The notes under the pieces are model-generated. The model did no database searches. It worked only from the letters and a program-made list of their open reading frames with translations, and was not told where the DNA came from. From Bigelowiella natans CCMP2755 (lineage: Eukaryota > Protista > Cercozoa), in NCBI GenBank assembly GCA_000320545.1, contig ADNK01001276.1, forward strand, positions 144,703 through 208,702: a stretch of 64,000 nt of DNA, in the 5' to 3' direction. Below, piece after piece: positions 13,734 through 27,403 of this stretch. The translations under genes and the position numbers were made by a program. Every line of letters starts with the position of its first letter. Position 1 is the stretch's first letter.

Positions 13734-14225
13734 TATTGTGAAAACGGCGGTCATAACCATGCATGCTCTCGCGGTAACATTTGCCATCTTTGTTTTAGCG
13801 CAATAATTGGCAAACGTATTGCGACTTCTATTGCCAACTCGATCAACACAGCTGCACCGAATTTCTCTCGGCATGTGAATGTCAATCTTGCAGTGCATAC
13901 GCACACACAGTACGTGCAACGCAGTGAATGCGCAAAAATCAATGGAAGTAGAATCAAAACGTGAATAAGTGCCAACGATATACGCATGCAAGGTTCAAAA
14001 GTTCAAGGCAGTAGCCCTCGCGATGCCTTACTCATCGATCACTACGCTCGTTTACGTGGCTGCTGCAAGCTTTGCAGTGCGTCTATGAGTTTAATGAAAG
14101 CTCGTGAATTGTCTTTATGCATCACACCGTGTCGTCAATTTTTCCCATTTGCTTTGCATGAACAGATCGAAGCCCTCTCTTGCAAAGCTACATCACAATG
14201 AATTAGGCGTGCCGAAATGAATCAG

Positions 14226-14285
14226 GTGCCGACTGATGCGCTCGCTGATGCGCCGACTAATGCGCCGACCAACGTGCCGACTTAC
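14226..14285. repeat. Imperfect 12-bp tandem repeat x5 (gYgccgactRat)
   Basis: gtgccgactgat gcgctcgctgat gcgccgactaat gcgccgaccaac gtgccgacttac. Confidence 0.8.
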
Positions 14286-14822
14286 TGACAAGTGTCTAAA
14301 TTAATGCAAGAAGAACGGGCTAAGCTACCATTAGTCTATGCGAAAGGTGCACGCCATGCAGTACCGGTAGCTGTCTTTCCTGATCAGGGACATCAACACT
14401 GCAATCATCAGGCTCACACACTGCATGGCCAAGGAAGAGCTACAATGTTCTGACCATGTACGCAACATGATGTTCACAAGTACTATTTTCGCATCCATCT
14501 CGTGTTTCTCTCATTTCCATTCACATTTATTTCCACATCACTACGAGTAGCGAAAGCAGAGCGGCATTCGGCGTCGGCTCCAGGGTAAGAAAGAATGAAT
14601 GCAGAAAGGTTGTCGCACCCCAGAAATTACGGTATCATTGAGAAAAAAGTACCAAAAAAATGCCCTGTTTTCTCATCTGCGACAACTAATATGGTCACGA
14701 AAAGGCTTTGGACATATCACAGAAACGGCTCTAATCCCCGCACAACGGCAAAAGACGCAGGAGTAAAGAACGGAAGTTGATTGAATTTATTTTACTAGAA
14801 GATAACAAATAGTGGATGTCGC

Positions 14823-17800
14823 ATGGATAAAAAGCCAAGGGTTTTTCGTTTTGACTCCTCTTCTAACGTTGGAAGCTTTGCCAAGTTGGGTGACAAGCAA
14901 CGGCCACCCTCACTCGAAGCTCCTGGCCCCAACTTCTGCATGGTAAACAATTGACACTGGCTTTCGGGTGGGGACTGTGGTTGGAGAGATCAGCTCTTTC
15001 TCTTTGGTCTATTCCGAACTCATGACTTCAACCACCTCATAGGTTCTTCATTTAAACTCATATCTGTGTGACACAATTCATGCAAGGTGAAATTTAAGGA
15101 GTACTAGGACTTGGGATTGCATAGATCTAATGTATCAGGAAGATGAATAGCAATGAAATTAAAGAAAAGGCCCAGGGCTTCCTAAAACAGGCCAACGCTG
15201 AACTCCAAGAGCTCATAGGAGAAGGTCGATTCCATTACTAAACACACTCGAAAAAAAGGCCACCCTTAATTTCCATTTACGTAGGGGGTTCAGAATGGAA
15301 GCAGTGCATAGATTTACCAATACGGTTAAATCGCATTCAAGAGCTAACAGCAAGTATCGATAAACTTGTACTTATAAAGGTAATGCAAAACTCTTTCTTC
15401 TAGGATTTATCAGTGAACGCCGGCTCAGTGTCAAAATGCGTTCTTCGATGTTAAATAAATGCTATTGTATATTAGTCTCCCGGATCGAAAAAATATGAAA
15501 GCTGGATTGCTGCTGATATGGCACGGTTTTTGGAATCGCTCGGGAAAGTTATACAAGGTAATCAACCCTGTGAACAAGTTTGGTAGAGGAGCTCACATGG
15601 CCTTCTTTCTTAGAAATCAAGTCTAGTGCTGGCAAGGACATAGGTAACGTTCAACATGGCACAAATGTATTCTTTTCAGTCAACGTCATCATGAATTTTT
15701 TAAAAAATCAGAGAAAAAATCTCCCCAACCTGCTACGCCATTGTTGGTGGACACGCCCAGGGAACAATATTTGAAAACAGAAGATATGAAGGTAGTGCCA
15801 AAAAAGTAGAGTGTAGCAAGGGGGTAATCTCACCTTTCTTTGGCTTCATACTACTCAGCCTATCGACGTACCAGAAAGCTTGAATCATGATTTCGCCCAG
15901 TCATTGTCAGCAAGGTGGCCCATTGACCTATTCTTTACAGCCTCGCTTGCTAACCAGACATGATAAAATCATTACTTATCAGGAGGCATAAAGTAGTAAG
16001 CCCAGGTCATAAGCAGGATATCCGTTCCGGTGCTCTTAGTGCACGAATACGCAGCAAACCAAATAGTGGTTATGCAAATAAGAAGGCTCTCTCGAATACA
16101 ACTCCGAAGAAGAAAGGAAAACCTAAGGTAAAGGCTGGGTATGTGCCTCCAACAACGGTAACGCAAGAGATACAAGTATTTTGCGGAAGGGTCCTTCCTG
16201 TGCAAAGAGTTTACAAGGTGAATTGAGTGAGAAGACAGCATCGTAAAGCTGCAATTTCTAATAAATATTTTTCGTTTGCGCAGGGCAAAATGAAAAAATC
16301 ATCAAACAAGTCTCGTGGGCCATCGACGCGACATCGCGTTTCAAGTCGCGCTACAGGTTCTAAAGCATCATCGAAAAGATATTCTCACCCGACGAAGTTG
16401 AAAGAAAAGGCTAGTAGTAGCCGAGAGAAAGGGAGTTCGACCCTGGATCAGGGTGTGTACGGCATACGGGATTACCTCGAGTCCCAGGAGGGCCGCATGG
16501 TTATCCTTGAGAAGATCAAAGATTGCCGACAGTACGAGGCTGCTGGAGACATCCCCCAAGATGTTTGCTTCGACTATGCAGCATCCGTTTGGAGAAAGGC
16601 ACGAGCCTCGAGCCAGCAACTAAAATATAGATATGGGAGAACGCCATCGCTATCGATTCTGCGTGACTCATTCTCGATGTTTGAGCATTCCTCAAACTTC
16701 GGCCACATGCAAAGCATCGATCTTCAGGCATTTTTACACCACGCCCTTGTCCAGGTAGCGATGGGGGACTACGAAGACTCGGATGTTGACGACTGCCATA
16801 TTCAGCCTCTTAGCAGAAAGATGAACGTCGCGAATTTAAAGAACCGCGACGATGTTCTTTCGAGTCCCGGTTCATTTTGCATTTCACCGATTTGCAAGAG
16901 GGAGTTTCGGAACGACCCGCGCTACAATATGCCAGAAGAGCTAGACGACGACAAGTACTACGACACCGACGAGGAAAAGAACAATTTGAAGGGGGATGGG
17001 GACGAAGTACTTCCTTCCCCAGGCGGGCTGATAAGAAGTTTGGCCATTGATGGAAAATGGAAGGAGTCCGCTGTAAAACCTTCCAACGGAGGATCGAACG
17101 ATCCTCGCCTTCCAGACGAGAGCCTGGAGCTAGAATGGGTGTACGGATATAGATCCCGTGATGGGCACTCCAACGTGTTCAGCGACGAGGAAGGTTCCCT
17201 GGTCTATCCAGTGTCATGTGTCGGCGTCGTACACAATGTGCTGGCCAAAACGCAGCGCCATTACCGTGGCCATGCAGGGACTATAACGTGTATCGCAAGG
17301 CATCCGATCAACCGTTCCCTCTTTGCAACTGGCTCGGCTGCGAGCGTGGAGAAGCGCGAGGCGCAACTGCCATGCATACACGTGTGGTCGTCAATGAGTC
17401 CCGACTTCATAGCTATCATCCCTGACGCTCATAAGCGATGCGTGCGGAGCATGGGTTTTTCTCGTGACGGCAATGTTCTAGCGTCTGTTGGTTTCGATGA
17501 GAACAACAGCATCAACTCGAAGATCTGGGACTGGAAGAAGAAGGAGCTGATTGCACAGCTTAGCATAGGGCTCGAGCTCATCTTTGACCTGTGCTGGTCG
17601 TCCACCGACCCGACTCTGTTCACAACGGTTGGTCGCAATGAGATCTGCAACTGGAAGAACAGTGGTGCAGGGAAGCTTTCGTGCAAGGTGCTCAAACTTA
17701 ACGAGGACGTCGCACTCGCAGGCGGCATTGTGTTGCCCCACAAGAGGAAGCCTATCCCCACTGCAGATAAAAAAGCGCGAAAACAACATCAAAGCAGGAG

Positions 17801-20800
17801 GAGTTATCTGTGCGTTACGTACACTCGGTCGGGGGATATGGTTGTAGGTGTGCAAGGATACGGCGACCTCTTGGTGTTCCGAGACAACGAGCACATTAAG
17901 TGCAAGAAGGCTGTGCACAATGGCTCCGTGTACACACTTACAACATGTAAGGATCTATTGCTTTCTGGGGGGAAGGACGGAAAGATTAATATTTTTGACT
18001 CAAAATACAATCTTATAAAAAGACTCCATTTCCATTCGTCGATAAGGGCAATTTGTGCCAATTCCGAGCAGGCTCCCTTGATTGTTGGAACTGTAAGATC
18101 CAGGATTTGGACTCTTTCAGACTGGTTAAACACCGCAGACGCCTCCCACGCTAAGATACATATTTCGGGCCATTTTGATGGCGAGCTCCACGGCCTTGAC
18201 ATTCACCCGAAGAGCAGCCACATATTTGCAACATCAGGAGAGGACAACCGGATCACACTTTGGGACGCGGAGAAGAGACAAATGATAGCATCGTGGCCGA
18301 TGACCGTACGGAGGGGCAAGCGTGTTAAGCGCCGAGGACCAGGAGCCATATCATCCCAGCCCTCCTGGAGGGCCTCCAGGGCTATCGCTTTCTCTCCCGA
18401 TGGTCGCCTCATTGCTGTCGGCACTAATTACACAGAGATTCGTATCTTCGACTCTTCCAAGCACAAGGAGGTGCGCTATGTCGATCTGGGGAAACTCCCC
18501 CCCCCACACAATCCCACTTCTTCAAGGGCTCTAAGACCGTCAGATGAGATCGGGAACGGCAAGCGATTCACCTCCCCGATAACATGCATTAAGTACTCTC
18601 CGGATGGTACGATCCTCGCAGCAGGTTTAAATTGCAGCCTGGTGCTTCTTGACGTGAGAAGCGGTAACATCCCGAAGGCACATTTGCCCGTTGAAGGAGG
18701 TGTAGTGAACTTTGACTTCACCGCCAACTCTGAGCATCTTAGAGTGGTTTCGGGGAAATGTGAGCTCCTCTTTTTTGACATTTTCGCCTCCGATCTCAAG
18801 CTGTCGCGCCCCGCGGATGACCCATACACCATCGCAAAAAGGAAGCCTTTCCTAGCAACGCAGTCGTGCATGTTTGACTGGGGCCTCATTGGGCTGCGAG
18901 ATCTCAGCGCAGACGGTAAGTGGACCCGTTAACATGCGATACCAACCGGGAAATCAGCTAAGCCTTTTGTTAACATCGTAGTAGCGTAATCTCTATCCTG
19001 TCCTTTGACCGTTGTTCATTTCCTCTCTGTTTCTCCTGTTTGTTGCATGATTGTTGCTCAAAGGTACGGAATACACGTCCGTTTGCATCAACCAGGACCA
19101 TGGCCTGCTAGCAGCAGGAGATTGCTTTGGGAACCTCACCCTAGCGCGGTACCCCATGCTGAATCCAGACAACCAAAGGTACGTACAGAAAACCCACGCA
19201 GAAACCTGCGCCAAGGTTAAGATCGCTCCGAACTTGTCGCGCTTATATACGGTGGGAGGCAGGGATAAGTGCGTGATGCAGTACCGGATTCTCAACCCGC
19301 ATAAAAGAGCAATAATACCAGATACCAGCCCCCCCACATCGCCATCTAGGCCCGTCGGCACCAAACGTGAACAAGCAGCGGTGGTTGCACGGAGGGATGA
19401 GGAGTCATGGGCAGACAAAGGGGAGAGGGTGAGACTTAAGGGAAGGATAAACCAGATGAAGAAGATGATCGAGCAGATGAAGCGCCGATACGTGCCAAAT
19501 CGCAAGCTCATCTCCGAAAATCGTAGCCTCCGCAAGCAAATAGCCATCCTGGATAAGGAGCTCAGGGTACAAGCGAACAAATCTGAAAAGCAAGCACGCG
19601 ATGCGAAGGAGCGTCATGCGAACGTTCAAAAGGGCTTGCGGAATAAGATTACACGCCTCATCGATGATCCTCCGACACAGGCAATGGTTAGCGAGAATAA
19701 AAGATTGAAGGAACAGGTCGAAGATCTGAGGCAGGACAATCGACGCATCCTGGAGGACCTAAACAACGTGAAAGAGGCAGCTGACATTAGCGACATCGAC
19801 AAGCTGCGAGAGTGCAAGATCAGGCTCAAACAGGCTCAAAGAAAGATTAAGGATCTCGAAGGGAGGCTCGAGGTTGTGGCTGACAAGTTGGATTGTGAAC
19901 GTTCGCGGGCCTCTCAGGCGGAGAAGAATGCCGATAAGCTGCGGCAAAAGGCAGAGAGGGAGAGCCGTCACACGGACAGCAAGACTAGGATATTGCAGAA
20001 AGAGTCAAGTGATAAGTCTGAGAAGCTTAAAAAGTCCGAGTCTAAGATTCGCAAGCTGGAAAAGCAAGTCCTTGCACTGAAAAAGGGCAAGGATGAAGCG
20101 CACCAAAAGGCCCAAAAGGACTCTCAAAGCCTCACGGAGCAGCTGCAGAAGCACCGCCAAGAAATGGATGTGAAGGTCAAGCAGCTCGAAACCAGCCAGC
20201 AAGATCTGCAGAGTAAGGTGGATATGAAAGTGAAAGAACTCGAAACCCGCAACAAAGAATTTGCAGCGCTCCAGGCCCAGGAAGTGGAAGCCAAGAACCA
20301 AGTCAAACAGTTGCAAGGTCAGGTGAAGGATGAGAAGGATAGAGTAAAGGCAATCAGCAAACAGCTGGAAGAGAACGTCCTACAACAGGAAGTCACCGAT
20401 TTGAAGTCGAAAATCACGAAACTTAGCGAGGAAAAGAAGAATATAGAGGAGGAGCTCCGCACCGCAAAGAGTCTTTACTTAGGGAAAGCGGACGATCAAG
20501 ACCTTATCCAGGAAATGGAGAAGAAACTACAAGATTCGCAAACGAACCTCAGGAAGATGAAGGAGGCTATCGAACAAGGCAAGAAGGAATCCCAGAAACT
20601 TCTGGAAGAGAACAAAAAATTAATCGACGCCAGAGATGACATGCTAATTGACTACACGGAAGCCCAGGAGGAGCTGGTCTCCCTACGAGAAGCCAGCATG
20701 AAGGCCAATAACTCTAACGACGAGCTTGCCAAGTTGAAGAAGGAAGTTGAAATCCTTAAGAAGGAGAACGTAAGTCTGAGGTCAACTCTGATGGAAGATG

Positions 20801-22326
20801 ACGACTTGGACTTAGACATGGCTGATGAACTTACAGCGCTTAGGGAGAACAATCGCAAGCTCAAGGAAGAGGCGGAGAGCTTCAGACTAATCACTCGAAT
20901 GCCCAGCAAATATGAACTGAACGAAACTAAATCTGAGCTGGACGACCTTGAAGAGAGCCGAGACCGTCAGGATTCAGGCGAAATTAACCTCCCCGATCCA
21001 GTAAAGGACTTAAAAATCAATCTGCCGTCGTCGCTTGGCAACAAGAGAGACAGCCCGCTCTTCAATACCAAGGTAAAATGCGGTAATTGCGAAGACAAGT
21101 ACGCCGTTACGTTCTGTAGTGAGTGCCCGAAGAACAGGGAGCTGTGCCAAGAGTGTGATGAAGAGATCCACCGAGTTAAAAAGAAATCGGGGCACAAGCG
21201 TGTGCCTTTAACCAAGAGTAGGTCTTCCCTTGCAGCAACGGATGGAAGCAACTTTCAGCTGCCAGCAGTGTTCAAACGAAGATTAAGTATTAAACCGGAT
21301 CAATTTCCTACGCCAAGCGGTGCTCATAGTAACGTCGCCAAATCACCCCAGCTTGGAGTTACATCGCCCGCCTCACTCGCTTCGCCAAGTGTAGTATCTC
21401 CTCTGAACCCCACCTCCGTTTCTCGAAAAGAGACGGAACAGAAGGAACGTAGAAGCGAGGAGAAGACACCTGCAAAAAGAGAAGAGATTGCTGTAAAACC
21501 AGCATCTGCCGCCTCTAACATCAAAGCTCCTCAGGCCTCCGTATCGATAAAAGATGTACTGGAAAACACCGGACGCAAGCCCTTGGCTGAAATCAAGGAG
21601 ACTGTCGATGTAAAGCAGATGCCTGCTATTTCAAAGCAAGACCCCCAAAAGCCTCCGCCAAACAACGTGCCACCTCCCTCTGCCAGCGTAAAAATTTGCC
21701 AAGAATGCGAATGTGACGATGCTGTCTATGATTGCTTCGAGTGCAAAATGGCCTTTTGCCCTGACTGCAACGAGGACGTGCACGAAAACGAGGCGAAAGC
21801 CTCGCATAGAAGATTTTTGAGGAAGAGAGAAGAAAAACATAAATCTATGTCATCATCGTCATCGTCGTCATCGTCGTCGCTACCTCCTTTGTCGAATAAA
21901 GCAAGCAGTAGCACTACTAGCTTGAAGAAGATCTCGAGCAAAGCCCCAATAGTTCCTCCAGCAATCCCTTCTACGATTAACCAGAAGATATGCCAAGAAT
22001 GCGAATGTGATGATGCTATTTACGATTGCATCGGGTGCAACATGGCCCTCTGTGCAGATTGTGAATCAGACAAACATTCAGATGCCGCAAAGGCCGCGCA
22101 CAAGCGCATTTTGAGAAAACCAGGACACCTTAGCAAGACTCCAGAAGTTTCATCCTCAACTCCTACAACAACAAACGTGAAAATGTGCCAAGAATGCGAA
22201 TGTGACGACGCTGTTTTCGATTGCATCGAATGCAACATGGCCCTTTGCGCAGACTGCGATTCAGACAAACATTCAGATGCGAACGATTCCAACAAGGCAA
22301 CGCACAAGCGAATCGAAAGAAAATGA
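14823..22326 (+). CDS. EML (echinoderm microtubule-associated protein-like) HELP/WD40 protein with long coiled coil and four B-box zinc fingers
   Basis: HELP motif LELEWVYGYRSRDGHSNV; WD40 repeats; intron ~18916-19063 joins DG-TEYTSV. About 450 aa of heptad region follow, then four CxxC..CxxC..CxxC...H...H B-boxes. Several short 5' exons start from MDKKPRVF at 14823 (start tentative). Confidence 0.85.
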
Positions 22327-22660
22327 TAGTGAATTGCATTGTGTACCGATTCAGAGACACTTTATTCTGAAGAGATGTATATCTTGCTGGGAAAAAATGT
22401 ACATTTTTCGATGATTGTGACATCACAATATAACCATACTAGCATTGTCACTGCCGTAGCAATAAAGTCAAATAATTCAAGTTGTTTCTTGTTTGCGCAA
22501 GCATGTCTGCATCATGAGAGCAATGGACGTGTGGACTCTCTCTCCCTCTCTCTCTCTCTCTCTTTCTGTGTGTGTGTGTGTGTGTGTGTATGTGACGTGT
22601 GTGTCAGCTGGACACAGAATACGCTAGACATGCTTGGCATGCACTACACAGCTGTAAGAT

Positions 22661-22825
22661 GGATGTAACCAATCAATTAAATTTGTTAAATGGTCATCCT
22701 TATATGTGAGACGGATGTAATGAAGAATTAAATTTTTTCAATGGTCATCCTTATATGTAGCTATGCAATGCAGCGGCTACAGCGCTAATGTTCAATCTGT
22801 TGGTTTCCGCTATGATGTGTTTCAT
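22661..22825 (+). repeat. Dispersed intergenic repeat, copy A (includes a 52-bp tandem duplication)
   Basis: Core ctatgcaatgcagcggctacagcgctaatgtt matches 46147-46178. Units ggatgtaa...atggtcatccttatatgt start at 22661 and 22713. Confidence 0.8.
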
Positions 22826-23606
22826 ACAATCAAATGCATGTTGTTTCGGTCTATCTGGAATGTCTGTGCAGAATGGTGTTTCTATGTTGCACATAAATAC
22901 ACCGCAGCGCTACGATACGTTTGATTCCGTTCGTTGCTCACATTGCAAGCTGCATGGGCTCTGGCTCACAATGCAATGAACCGTAGCACACTTACTTAGC
23001 TAGCTAGCGATGTACGCGCTTATTATTCATGCTAACAACTGTTGCGCTCATGGTATTGCATCATCAATGTGCGTGCTGCAGCGTGGCGAGTAGGTAGAAG
23101 CAGCGCGGCAGAGACGCACAGCCGATAGATATGTACGTACGCTGCCACGTCGCGTGTACAAGCTAGTGCTGGCGACAATGGGGGGCGTATATATACGTAC
23201 TAATTACACGTAATAGCTACATACATGTACAGTATTTCCCAGCGGGCATCTACATATTAGTAGGAGATTTACACAAGTTCAATCATTGATAATATTTCAC
23301 GACGAACATAAATATGCATTTGAAAAGCGTGCTTGTACAGACAAGACTTTGTTTGCTGGCATTTTAGCTTCTGTACTCTCTCGCCCACCGTCTCCTGCAG
23401 CGATCAAATCTAATCATATGTAGGTCTCATATCATCGAAGCATACGTTCTTGATGCAGCTGGTTCTTGCATAGTAGCTGCTCTTCTTATGGTCAGTACTA
23501 AGCAGCCTCATGCCCTCCTTGCGTTTTCTCGATGTTATCCACGACTCCATAATGAATCACGGAGCAGAGGGGGCGTGCCTGTAGCGTTGGTGTGGAAGAC
23601 AACGTG

Positions 23607-24097
23607 TTAGAATTTAGCAGCTGGCCAGCAAACGATGACACCGTTCCTGAGCGAGTAGCATTTACTAATACCAACTAAATGAATGATCTGATTACCAGAA
23701 TCCACCAAGTAGGAAGGAGCAGGAAGTACGCCAAGTAGCTAGTGTGTTCCAACCACATTTCCGTTCGAATTTGCAATTCTCGTGACGACTCTCCTCCTTC
23801 CTCCCCTTGCACTCCGACGCTTCCTTCTATGTTAGCCGGTGTTCCTCCTTCCTCAATGATCACCGAAAAGGCCAGTTTTGACACCCTGAAGAAAGTCACG
23901 ATTTTGGAGGTGTTCAAATCAAAAAAGCAGAATCCCCCCCACTCATGGTACTGCGTGACGCCTGCATCTACTATCACAAGGAAAATGCAGAAGTCATTCT
24001 TCTCAGCCTCTCAAAATTTACCATGGATAATCGTCGCACGCCCATCGAAACTTGTGCCAGTCTGCAGGGCCATACAAAGTAGGCGCCGTCCTATTGC

Positions 24098-24129
<32 letters not shown>

Positions 24130-25279
24130 CAAGTTAAAAAGCAGCAGTATGATTCTCACTGTTCCGCAAAACGCCACCACGAAGCGGCTCCTGGCATAAT
24201 AACTAACCAGTCACGATTCTTCCCAATGCTGTCATGACAACTAGCAAATGGGACGGTGATGTGGGCTTTTTGATTGGTTGGTTGAATGATTGATTGATCG
24301 ATTGATTGATTGATTCGTTCCTTCTCTCGAAATGCTGATGGCACACCACCTTCCCATCGGAGGCAGCAGACGCCCCATTCCAATCTCCTGCTTAGGAAGC
24401 TTGTTGTATAGACCTGCTCCTACTTCACGATTACTCGGCGGCTGCTGCTTCTCCCTTGTTCCTCCTTCCCCCTCCTGTTTATTAAACTGGATGATTTCCC
24501 CAGGAGTCGAAGGATCTGGAGGCTGACGGCGAGGATAAGGCGATATAACTTCTGTGCGCTTGCCAATCCGCAGCCAACCCATGTCCTATTTTCGCCAAGA
24601 TGATCACAAATGGTGATGATGATGATGATGATAATAATGACTACAATGGTGGTGGTGGTGGTGGTGGTGGTGGTGGTGGTGACTGGCGTCGTCGTGTTAA
24701 CAAGACATTTACTCATACTGCTGCATTCTTCTACTTACCCCAAGACTTTCCATAGAGCACATATCTCCGTCGTCGGGCGCGTTAGAAGATTCAACCTAGT
24801 TGCACACCGCACTTCCATTTTAAGCAAGTTTGCGGTGTACTAGGACGACGATTTCTCTTCCAGCAAGTTACTAATCGCATATTTCTAAGCGCGTGCATTT
24901 GGCCATGTAAAAGAGACCGATTTGCATTCTACGAGGACGACGACGAATACAACCACCACCATCACCACGGTATACAATTCAATCACCTGAAAGGTGGCCA
25001 TATGTTTAAAAATGAATCTGTGTAGACGGGAATGTGCCAGCCGCATATGGATTGCGCTGTGTAGGAGCTTCTTCACGCTCAGGTCCATTGGCACCCTCAC
25101 CGTCTGACAGAGGAACTTTGATTCAACTTATGCTTTATGAAGATGGTCGGATTTGTGGTTGTTGGTGATGATGATGGATGGTATGGTAGGGTGCCACTAG
25201 CACGGCACTGCTGCAACTTGTTAATTACGAGCTGCTGCTGCCATATCCCCTGTTTTCTACCTTCCCCCTCTCCAAAATG

Positions 25280-25315
<36 letters not shown>

Positions 25316-26367
25316 GCTGCCAATCTACTAATATTTCTGCTGCCACTAATGCTCACTCACCGAATCAAGTCTCCGAGAATGCCTAATTTTATCCGTAGCC
25401 ATGTGTGCTGGAAATGCCTGCTCAAGTAATGTCGATTCGGCGATAGTAGATGTTTTCGAAGAAGAAGTAGAAGAGGAAGAAGAAGAAGAAGAAGATGATG
25501 ATGATGAAGAGTCCGCTGATGCATGCCCCCCCCCCCCAGCTGACGAAGAGCCGCAACTGTGCGTAGCAGCGTCTACGGGTGATGTTGATGATGATGAAGA
25601 TGAGGAGCTGCTGCTGACAGAGCTATTTTGAACAATTGGCGAGGCAGCAGCCGTTGATAGATTTAAGCCCTAATCATAGGCGAGTAGTCAGTAGTTGTTG
25701 CAGTTTCAGTTTTGGAGAGAGAGAAAGAGAGAGAGAGGGGGAGGGGAGGGAGTGATTGATCTAAACCTACGATTCAGTACTTTCAATAGATTAAAATCAC
25801 ATTTCAAGTTATAAAAATAGCTGCAATGGATTCCTTCAAATTCAACCTTGCGTGTATTATTCTCTATGAGGACGTCGCTGCGTCCTGGTGACTGTGATGG
25901 TGGGAAATGATGCATTCATTTTACGTCGTTCTCAAACACGATAAGGTCATCTGGATCGTTTGCTGTACCTTCGAACTATCTTCCAACTTCACGCCTTTCT
26001 TTCCGTTATGTTGCGGGGTTTCTGCCATCCCTGAGATGACGGCGTGCTGGCCCTTCGTTAGCTGCGGCATATACCGTACATATCAGTGGATGCTTACAGC
26101 TTTTTCACTAATCACCATACGCTACTACCATAACACCATCCTATACACAGTTGAGACCACCAACCTCAATGAACCATCCACCACTATTAATAATTTTATG
26201 CGCCTAGCTAATACGCAGGCCTCGAAATCCTGTGCTGTCAATGAAGCGATGATGCTGCTGCTGCTGCTGCTGCTGCTGCTGATGATGACGAGACGATGAC
26301 TCAACGACAATAGGGCGGTGGACAAAGTGAAAAATAATACCGATGGCAGGGCTAGACGAACTCTCAT
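23607..26367 (-). CDS. Hypothetical protein, multi-exon, Ser-rich
   Basis: Coding-like exons between microsatellite introns (MPQLTKGQHAVISGMAETPQHNGKKG; GRSDVLIENNTRK; TVRVPMDLSVKKLL; GGFCFFDLNTSKIV). Boundaries uncertain. Confidence 0.4.
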
Positions 26368-27026
26368 CTTGTTCGCCGCCGTGAAGCCCCGCGAGAGGCG
26401 CAGAGGGAGGGATCTCGTCGAGTGCATTGGTTGGTGGGTGAATGAGATGTATCAAAAGGGAAATGGTCGCAACCCAACAACACAACAACACCCACACACA
26501 CTGTGGCACACCAAGAACATAGGCCGATTTGCTACTGTGACAACGAGTACAACTGGCTGCCGCCTTTTTGAATGTTTTTTTGCATGAAAAATCCATGTCG
26601 CACAGCCCCTTTTCCCCATGTTTTTGAGTTGATTTCTCGAGCCGTACGCAATTGTGGCCTCTCTCCAGTCCCACAACCACAACGCGCACGTGTTGCAACA
26701 GGGACGGCGACGACATCTTGCATGCCGATGATGACAATTGCTGGGCATCAGCATCGCCTAGGTCGCAGCCATGCTAGCAGCCCCAAAGCCGCGTCAATGG
26801 TGTGTCGTTTCAACGTTTCGCCATGCACACGCACGTCCGCGATGCTGTGAACAATTCTGGAATTTGATTGATCAGTCCACAACGCGCTGTGGCGCGGCAC
26901 GTTGCTAGCGTTGCTAGCTAGGATGGCACGCCAGCACGCAAACGTGCGATCAAAGACTGCTCTGGTGCTGGCATGCGCACATGTTGCTTGTTGTTCTGCA
27001 CGTCGCTCTACTGGCGGAATGAGGGA

Positions 27027-27352
27027 TGTTGCGCGTAAGGTGTTCACAGGCCGAGGCGCTACGTGCACAAGTAGGCAGGGGGGGGGAAAGGCACGTTTGC
27101 TTCCTTTTGAAGAGTTGTGTTTATTTTTATTAAAGATTATATTTTTATTAAATCGTGCACTGCGTAATCATTCGCGAAGCTTTCGCGAATGCCGCCGCAC
27201 GTGGGGCAGCACACTTCCGGTGTGCTGCCATGAGTCCCGCCGGAACCCACGTGCCTATGCTGTATTAATATCTACGTTATCTATATTCTATATCCGCGAC
27301 AACCCCTTTGTTGTCGCACGTGACTTGTGCCCGCGTAGTGGTACGCGCTACA
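27027..27352 (-). repeat. 3' LTR of copy 2
   Basis: TG...CA, matches the 5' LTR. Confidence 0.97.
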
Positions 27353-27361
27353 CCTCCCCCA
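27353..27361 (-). other. Polypurine tract (TGGGGGAGG) abutting the 3' LTR
   Basis: Plus-strand cctccccca lies immediately inside the LTR edge. Confidence 0.8.
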
Positions 27362-27403
27362 AGTCACGTTGCTCCTTCCTTCCTTCCTTATTCCCTTAGA
27401 CCT

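Noticed and set aside
16368-22307. Many antisense or alternative-frame ORFs (up to 195 aa) over the EML gene
   Set aside because: Shadow ORFs of long coding exons; no independent motifs.
22661-22760. CRISPR-like repeat-spacer pattern
   Set aside because: Only two units, the intervening sequences are themselves homologous, no cas genes, eukaryotic context.
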